A DNA stretch of 62,832 nt, counting the filler, from Chrysochromulina tobinii (lineage: Eukaryota): NCBI GenBank assembly GCA_001275005.1. It is 5 parts of 5 records of this genome, joined end to end, with 100 filler letters (N's around TTAATTAATTAA, not from the genome) between each part and the next. Parts side by side here need not be neighbours in the genome. Positions count along the whole stretch, not along the records: positions 48,851 to 60,636 come from JWZX01001284.1; positions 60,737 to 62,832 come from JWZX01001295.1; 3 more parts are not named here. One strand, written 5' to 3'. Of this stretch, positions 56,601-62,832 are shown piece after piece (positions within the stretch are counted from its first letter, which is position 1; each line of letters starts with the position of its first letter). The notes under the pieces are model-generated. The model was not told the DNA's origin, made no database searches, and saw only the letters and a program-made list of their open reading frames with translations. The translations under genes and the position numbers were made by a program.

Positions 56601-57786
56601 CTCCGCAGACGCGCGGGAGTACCTCCACCCACACGCCGTGCGACCGCAGTCGCGCCACCACCGCAGCTACGTCCTCCTCCGCCCCGAGCGCGTCGAGTAG
56701 CGCAGGAACCTCGCTGCCGCCACCAGGGGGTCCTCCGTCCCAGCCAGCGAGCAGGTCGCTCACCGCCTGCTCGAGGCGCTTCGTGTTGTTGACCGCGCTC
56801 ATCGCGCCGCTGCGCAGCCAGCCCTCGATGGCGCGCAGGTCGCGCTCCGCTGCGCGAATGAGCTCCGAGGGAACTTGTGGCGCCTCGTACTGGGTCATGA
56901 GGAGCAGATTCGATGGATCGCTGAGCAGGGAGGCGACGGCGGCATGGCCATTCTTTTGCGCGAGCGCAAAGGCGCGCCACAGGTCGACCCGCGCCCCCGC
57001 GCCGAGCAGTCGCCGGATGGGCAGGCCCTGGTCAGCGTGCACACTTTGGGAGAGCGCGTGATGGGCGTCGAACGTGCTCATGGGCATCCTACTGGCGGCC
57101 GCTATGAGGTCAGGGCTCGCGCGCCACGTTTGCCCCGGCCGCCGGCCGGCAGCACGTCCGACGAGCCCAAGGAGCTCCATCTCCTCCTCGACCATCGCGA
57201 GCGCGTTGGCTTGCTCGGGCGAGAGCGTGGCCACACCCTCAGCATGCTCATCCGCCACAGGCCCCTCAGCGTGCTCATCCGCCACAGGCCTGCCGATCAG
57301 CTGCGTCGACGAGGGCTGCAGCGCCCCGCGAGCTCCGCGAGCCCCCCGCGCGCAGCTCGCATTCAGGAGCATGCGCACGATACCCAGTCGACCCTGCTCG
57401 CTGGCCACACTGAACGCCGTGCTGCCATCGGCGTTCTCGAGATGAGCTTGGGCACCAGCTTCGAGCAATCGCTTGACAACAGCGGTGTGGCCATGACGGC
57501 TCGCACGCACCAGAGCCGTGCGGCCGCTAGCATCAGGCACGTCAGGTAACGCACCGTCCTCGAGCAGCTGGGCGACCACCTCGTCCTCGCCTACCTCGGA
57601 GGCGTAGGTGAGGGTCGTCCAACCGCCATCGATCAGAGCATCCTCTGGGCTGCGGCGGCATAGTGCGCAGCCATGCTCCCGCTCCGCAAAAGAGGCAGCA
57701 TTTGAGGCCTCGAAATTCACGACGACGCCCGTGGGCGGCGACCGTGAAAGAACGACGGCGGCGACCAACAGTGCGGCGATCGACAT
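53659..57786 (-). CDS. Receptor-like protein: signal peptide, ankyrin repeats, one TM helix, IRAK/Pelle-like kinase, C-terminal RING (C3HC4)
   Basis: MSIAALLVAAVVLS; GWTTLTYA/GRTALVRASRHGH ankyrins; LLLGAALAAGAGLALVCISLL; IGQGGFGVVW, YAVK, HRDVKPSNILL, DVG, GTPGFVD; CVVC...CGHACCCAEC...CPICR. Confidence 0.85.
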   Translation of the reverse strand: MSIAALLVAAVVLSRSPPTGVVVNFEASNAASFAEREHGCALCRRSPEDALIDGGWTTLTYASEVGEDEVVAQLLEDGALPDVPDASGRTALVRASRHGHTAVVKRLLEAGAQAHLENADGSTAFSVASEQGRLGIVRMLLNASCARGARGARGALQPSSTQLIGRPVADEHAEGPVADEHAEGVATLSPEQANALAMVEEEMELLGLVGRAAGRRPGQTWRASPDLIAAASRMPMSTFDAHHALSQSVHADQGLPIRRLLGAGARVDLWRAFALAQKNGHAAVASLLSDPSNLLLMTQYEAPQVPSELIRAAERDLRAIEGWLRSGAMSAVNNTKRLEQAVSDLLAGWDGGPPGGGSEVPALLDALGAEEDVAAVVARLRSHGVWVEVLPRVCGGFVMRFRAACYAIEVERLLVATHGSLQRTRSQPSVSISRGGARSGAGSSARVLGKPLTLAGYLGQRVAVKRRVGASFDAAKAELLDADKCDAYDCTGCGEYRGAPRLPSGHAALGSSLSSSLGSSTRPGQIAATATAMDAAHSATFKPATDPAQVKSYFTSHGVAEATKPAEPGRAPAEASGAAESCSSAGATSETPVAAGAPALPMDEDAADENASKDERDSQQATITAFDAANLAEVEAEMNLLAARAGNELAHAHPADFVVPASVQFQIGRAKANESTAFFVRRPKREWPEKVSYERDGKRVTESTAVFLRRVGAAHGRAAKAAEAAAAARKTQDEVRRSQAAAALRASRLLLGAALAAGAGLALVCISLLQLCGCWPSTERVELAARHAVIDAAAAPSASVEAQAAPEPYGGAGGRRRPRRRGGRASEPARAAFSADDAELPSAGDAELPSVGDAELRSAAVVEPARPSGEWQLVGGRGANAILAGSSANSTRCGSSSGGHEGSDERTARPWSPEPALPAPPPLPRLTRGLATGQAAEVSYSEIVRGTADFADRRRIGQGGFGVVWKAQLPSMGVGSYAVKRLDPKRALARAAAAEGTESEAGARAGSASAEMAAAVQAEVELLACCSHPHVLPVVGFCLDPLALCLVYPLCAGGNFEDRLVPSDAGAQRLRLLGLQRPAPLAWQHRLSVVRDVADALVYLHTPTVTKPRILHRDVKPSNILLSLLASADDSHASSMPPLTAWLSDVGVAKADERDRLGASATGAAQPAQHTHLSTSTVRGTPGFVDSLVVNGLQHSEATDGFALGVTLLMSLTGLPAVGLFHRCHELLRRTDDVAAWEHLLDGFWPRSVAAEVAQIAHALCMPLFREDRLPLPDALRQITSVISQSSEALAQGRLGTAGAGSASTVAADELRCCVVCDDAPREVRFRCGHACCCAECAKLVEHSGSQCPICRGRTHPLCATGVHLRDAATFELVN

Positions 57787-57959
57787 CGCCCTTCCAAAAT
57801 GAGTGCGGACTCCTGTGAACGCCGGTCCGGAGAACGAGGCGCCTCCGAACCCTAGCTGTGAAATCAGCAAATCTGGTGTTTTTACTTTGGCCGTTTTGCA
57901 CTTTGCTCGTAACTCCGTCAAACGATTGCGCATTCTCAGCGAAGGCTTGGGACGCCTGC

Positions 57960-59357
57960 ATGGTGGAGGACGGAGGCCACGTGGAGAACGTATTCCCTGA
58001 AGTGGATACAGGCAAGGTGGACATACGCGCTGAAATAGGGAAAGTGGAGACACGCGCTGAAATAGGGAAGGTGGACGTACGCGCTGAAATAGGGAAGGTG
58101 GAGACACGCGCTGAAATAGGGAAGGTGGAGAGCGTACGCGCTGAAATCGATACAAGCTCCTGGCTCATGTGCGCGTCAGAACCTTGGACGGTGCGAGTGG
58201 CGCTCGCTGAGTGCTGCAGCATGCATTCGGTACGTCTGACGGATCTGCTCGGGACCGTGGACACATCTGAGAAAAGCGCCCTTGACCTCGAAGAGTTCGT
58301 CCACTTCATGGTGACGCGCTGCGGTCACCAGGGCGGCCGCGCTGTGCTCAACAAGATTTTCGATGACCTCGACGAGGACGGCAGCGGCCTTTGCTCTTTT
58401 GAAGAGTTGAACCGGTGGATGCGCAACACGCGCAGGACGCGGCAGGAGCGGCTGGACATCGTGCGCACTCTCACGCTCACGTCGCGGGTTCGCGAGAGCG
58501 AAAGCGCGTGGGACGAGGCGCGCTTGCGATCGGAGATCCAATACATGCTGCTCGCGAGTGGTTGCCGCACCGCAGACCTGTGCGAGGCATGGGACGATAC
58601 ACGGAAGGGAGTCCTCTCCCGCACTGCGCTGCTCAGAAAGATCAAGTGCCTCGTGGAGGACGAGGAGCTGTGGAACTCGCGAGTTCGCGCCGCCGCCAAG
58701 GCAGTGCTCGCCCGCTTCGACTCGAACGAGGTTGGTATCTCGCTCGAGGTCGTGTGGCAATGGCTGCTGCCACGGGCCCCTCGAACAAAAGGACTTGGCA
58801 AGGATGCAGCAAGGCAGATTTGTCGCGCCCTTCAGCACTCTCTGACCGGTGCGCGCTTGGGCGGGACGCGCAGCGCCCCGGTGCTGTCGGATCGTCCGAC
58901 TCGGCAGACGCGCGAGCACCGGGTACCGCCTGCAGGGCCAGCTCTGATGATGGTCCCTACCGTCCACAGAAGCTGGAGCTTGGCGACTATGGAGCGGTTG
59001 TCGCGCCCGAAACGGCTCTCGCTTCTGGAGCGGCTGTCGCGCCCGATTGGCGTGGAATGGGACGGATCAACTCCCGAGCCGCTGACCAAGCACCACCCAC
59101 CCTCGCCGCCACCACCGTGGCGCATGCCACCAACTTGGCGGGCACCGCCTCCACCGCCTCTGATGGCAGCGCAAGAGAGTCGGACAGTGAGTTCAGCTTT
59201 GGGGAGCGCGGCAGTTGCCTTTGGGCCGATCAGGGCGAACGCGCCCAACCCAGGTCGTTTCACTGCGAAAAGTGTAACGACGACGGCGCCAATGCCGGCC
59301 GACGAGGAGATGCGGGCAACGGTGCGGCGGCCACCATCGCCGCCACCAGGGTGGCAT

Positions 59358-59389
<32 letters not shown>

Positions 59390-59410
59390 CGAGCAGCAGC
59401 ACGAGCAGCA

Positions 59411-59495
<85 letters not shown>

Positions 59496-59585
59496 TCGCA
59501 GAGCGGGCTCGAGGAGCGGCGGCGCGCAGGGGGCACGCACGTCGAGCGTGCAGCAGGCATATGGGCTGGCTCCGTAGAACGGTAG
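57960..59585 (+). CDS. EF-hand protein with N-terminal 9-aa repeats and C-terminal polyQ
   Basis: DTSEKSALDLEE, DEDGSGLCSFEE, DDTRKGVLSRT loops; head-to-head with the kinase gene (173 bp between ATGs). Confidence 0.65.
58011..58148 (+). repeat. 27-bp coding tandem repeat x5 (GKV[D/E]xRAEI)
   Basis: GGGAAGGTGGAnnnACGCGCTGAAATA units. Confidence 0.9.
59358..59495 (+). repeat. CAG trinucleotide microsatellite (polyQ)
   Basis: About 46 codons, mostly CAG. Confidence 0.95.
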
Positions 59586-59721
59586 AAGAGAGGGTTGGAG
59601 TAAAGTAACACAGTAAGTCAGTATAGAACCGTTTTTTGGTACCATCCCGCCGGATTGCCGATTCAGACAGAATGCCCAGGATTCAATCAGAAGAGGTCAC
59701 CCCTGCGAACCCGTCGCATGT

Positions 59722-60636
59722 AAAACCCGACCCTGCCGCCTCCCGATCCCAGAGCGCCTCCCCGCGCCTGCTCGAAAGCGCTCAACGAATAACGCGGTAC
59801 TGACTGACCGGCGTATTTCATACACTACCAGTGGCTCCCCCGGTGTTTTTTTACCGGTTTTTTTTTAAAGACACCGGGGGGAGCCGGGACACACACGGGA
59901 ACCGGTACAGTACCGGTACTGTATACGGTGCTCCGGCCGCACTGCCGGCCGCTACGCGTCTGCCGCACGCACCTTCATTTCGCCGACCGCTTTCGAGCAG
60001 GCGCGGGGAGGCGCTCTGGGAGCAGGTGGAGGCAGGGTCGGGTTTGCTGGGGGCGGCCTCTTCTGAGTCGGCCGCGGGGAGCGGTCGGCTCCGAGCCTGC
60101 GGCTGTTGAGTCGGCCGCGGCTTCGGTCGTCGCGCTGACGTGCGGGGTGTGTGTTGTTGGTGGGTTTGGATGGTTGTGAGGTTCGTCTGTGTGGTCCGTG
60201 TGCCTTTGTGCGTCCGCGTGTCCCGTGTGTGTCCCGGCTCCCCCCGGCTCCCCCCGGTGTCTTTTTACCGGTAAAAAGACACCGGGGGAGACGGGACACA
60301 CACGGGACGCACACGGGACACACACGGGACACGCGGGCGCACAAAGGCACACGGACCACGCAGACGAACCTCACAACCATCCAAACCCACCAAGAACAAC
60401 ACGCTCCAACCCACACGTCAGCGCGACGACCGAAGCCGCGGCCGACTCAACAGCCACAGGCCCGGAGCCGACCGCTCCCCGCGGCCGGCTCAGAAGAGGC
60501 CACCCCGGTGCGGGTCAGTTTCCTATCGTGTTTGGGTACAGTTTCCTGTATCAGATACGTATCCTGATGTATCCTGAGTGTATCCTGAGTGTATCCTGAA
60601 GGATACACGTATCTCGAGTGTATCCTGATGTATCTC
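59722..60636. mobile_element. Fold-back/MITE-like region: two adjacent long imperfect palindromes plus the GGATACA repeat end
   Basis: 59722-59780 inverts 59988-60045; 60049-60240 inverts 60290-60506 around a perfect 38-bp palindrome at 60251-60288. Confidence 0.7.
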
Positions 60637-60736
60637 NNNNNNNNNNNNNNNNNNNNNNNNNNNNNNNNNNNNNNNNNNNNTTAATTAATTAANNNNNNNN
60701 NNNNNNNNNNNNNNNNNNNNNNNNNNNNNNNNNNNN
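60637..60736. other. Artificial contig linker
   Basis: N44-TTAATTAATTAA-N44. Confidence 0.97.
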
Positions 60737-60887
60737 CTGGCGTAACCTCGCGCGTCTGCCTTGATCTCGTCATCACCGGCGACATCGTCACTTACGAATC
60801 CGTGGGGGCGCTACAGGCGGCCATGATCCGTGGCGATCTCGGTCCAGATGCTTGCGCGCTCCCAGATTCTCTGCTGGGACCGGATGA

Positions 60888-62832
60888 CGCGTACATGATC
60901 CTCAAGAACGGCCGGAAGGTCTTCACCCCGGAGGCTGCCCAAGCCTTCTACGACCGGAACTACCCGTCGACGTCGGGCAGGCGCACCGACGGGCGCGTGC
61001 TTCGTCGGGGCGTGTGCGGGGCGGGCGGAACGCTTGTTCGGGCTCCCGGGGGGTGGCGGCTCCTCCCGGGGCTGGCGCGGTGGCGACGAGGGGCGCGGTG
61101 GGCTCGTGGCGATGGCGGCGGCCGGAATCGACGCGTCCCATTTCTCGACGGCACGTGGGCGTGTACAACAGCTACACGCTCGCGGTCGCGGACGGGCCAT
61201 CACCACCCCCCCTGCCGCCACCACCGTCACGGCCCTTGCCCGCCGCGATCGCGACGTGGCCAGCACCGCCTCCGCCCCCGTTCCGTCCCAAAAACGAGAT
61301 CGCCGCCGCTCTCCATGCCATGCACGGCAACGTTGACGCCGCCAACGCCACCGCCGTGCCCGCCGTCGCCACCGAGGCTGCCCCCACCGTGCTCGTCAAC
61401 GCAACCGCCGTTCCCGCGAACCTCGCCACCACCGCCCACCTTGACTGCCCCGTCGAAGGCTGCGGGCTGACCTTTACGACCAGGCTCAAGCTTGCCAACC
61501 ATCTCAACACGCCAAGGCACGCCGCCGCCGACGCGCAGACGCTCGCAAGCGGCGCCTTCGCGCGCTGTCCAGTGGCGGGGTGCTCGAAGGTCCTGTGCCT
61601 CATCTCGAGTGAATCGGCAAACTCCCCGTCGCCGTTCCGCACGCACATCGCCCGAAGCGGAGCCAAATGCGACCTTGCCCACACGAACTTCCGCGCGACA
61701 CACGCGGAAGCGTGGGTACGCACCGAGTACCTCGCGCGATGCCACGCCGCGAGCATCGCCACCCCGGGATCTCTCGGAGCCGCGCTGGTCATCTCAGGTG
61801 ACGGCGCTGCGGTCGCAACTAACGTCACCGCCGCTGCCATCGTCGCCGCCCCTGCCGCCACCGTGCGCACCGAAGCCGCCAACAACGACGCTGCCTTCGC
61901 CGCCTTTATGCTCGGCCATAACGGCGGCGCAGCCGCGCCGGCGGGACACGTGCCAGTCGCCACCGGCACCGCCACCCGCGGCGTCATCCCCACCCTCGAC
62001 CCCAAGGCAGACTTAGCGCCCGTCATGCACGCGCTCGACATCGGCGCCCTGCGCGCCGCTGCCTTCAGGTCACAACCACTGCCGCGCAAGGAGGCGCTCC
62101 GGTGCGAGCTCGTCCAGCCCATCGTCTCTGGCTGGCTCTTGTGTGGCGCCGAGGATGGCGCCGCGGCCAAGACAGAGCGCGGCGCTCACGGCTACGCCCT
62201 ACGCATCGCCGCTGAAACGTTCATCTTCTGGCGACCTCACGGCACCGCGCCACACAGCGAGGCAGCCCTCCGCTCGCGGGCGACAGCCTTCGTAGCTGCC
62301 GTCAACGGCGGCACCTTCGCCGCTCTCTGGCAGCCGTTCGTCGCCTCGGCAGCCACTCGGCGGCCCTGTCCCACCGACGGCGCGCCTGCCGCAACCACGG
62401 CACTGCCTCTCGACGCCATCGAGGAGGAGGCCGAGGCACGCACCCCACCGCCCACGGATTGCGAACTCGGGAGCTCCGAGCGCACGGCGCGACGGGCAAC
62501 CTACCTCGCCGCCAAAGGCGAGCCAAGGCGCGCATGGGACTGCTACGCACCCTCGCCCGTCGACGACCCGAGCTCGCGCGAGGCGAAGCAGGCCACGCTC
62601 GACTTGCTTCCGCAGCTCGACAACCCGCCGACGGCCGCCTTCGCCGACGAGCCCGGAGTCGCGTCGTACGCCATCTCGTCGGCCACGTTCGACAGGGTCA
62701 TCCCCCACCTGCCTGAGATCCGAGCGCCCGGCACGCTCCCGCAGTCCAATGCCATCATCACCGCCTGCGCCGAGTTCGGCGCGAGCGCCGCGATGCGCGC
62801 CGTGTTCAACGCCTGCCTCGCTGACGACGTCC
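60888..62832 (+). mobile_element. Non-LTR retrotransposon ORF (CRE/SLACS/R2-like), N-terminal part, runs off the window
   Basis: Frame absent from the ORF track, open from 60888 to the end (first ATG 61320): C2H2 fingers CPVEGCGLTFTTRLKLANHLNTPRH and CPVAGC...H, then RRATYLAAKGEPRRAW and LPEIRAPG, typical of the region just before the RT core. Confidence 0.72.

Noticed and set aside
59193..59645. PolyLeu/polyCys ORFs on the minus strand
   Set aside because: Antisense reading of the CAG microsatellite
1..60595. One giant element bounded by inverted copies at 1-88 and 60506-60595
   Set aside because: The copies lie on different contigs separated by three artificial linkers

Overview
High-GC eukaryotic genomic DNA, most likely a haptophyte alga of the Chrysochromulina/Prymnesiales type. 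This is inferred from an ASAF-type bipartite plastid leader on FNR, chlorophyll a/c LHC genes, ciliary genes and GT-AG introns. The window is not contiguous. It holds five contig pieces joined by artificial 100-nt N/TTAATTAATTAA/N linkers (22704-22803, 38849-38948, 48751-48850, 60637-60736). Contig 1 is gene-dense and intron-poor: RING-H2 E3, Lon-N protein, SPF45, a methyltransferase, a TM-HET protein, DRP5B/ARC5, ARMC9, an RBR E3, MEIG1, FNR and FAM21. Contig 2 carries a NACHT-LRR ORF fused in frame to a putative tegument-like deubiquitinase, a U-box and a CUE domain. It also has an alpha/beta hydrolase, a GT8, a DUF3431 protein and a hypothetical gene, all interrupted by repetitive introns, plus a divergent LHC pair. 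Contig 3 is an internal 9.8-kb piece of an AT-less multimodular type I PKS. Contig 4 has NAXD, a SHIPPO-type protein, an ankyrin-TM-kinase-RING receptor-like protein, an EF-hand/polyQ protein and a nested fold-back element. Contig 5 begins in a CRE/R2-like non-LTR retrotransposon. Two observations stand out. (1) A family of introner-like introns in which one splice site comes from a 14-33 bp duplicated copy of the host exon and the other from a shared microsatellite-like insert, so that splicing restores the reading frame exactly. (2) The NLR/DUB/U-box/CUE chimera. All domain calls are by motif recognition only; no searches were run.
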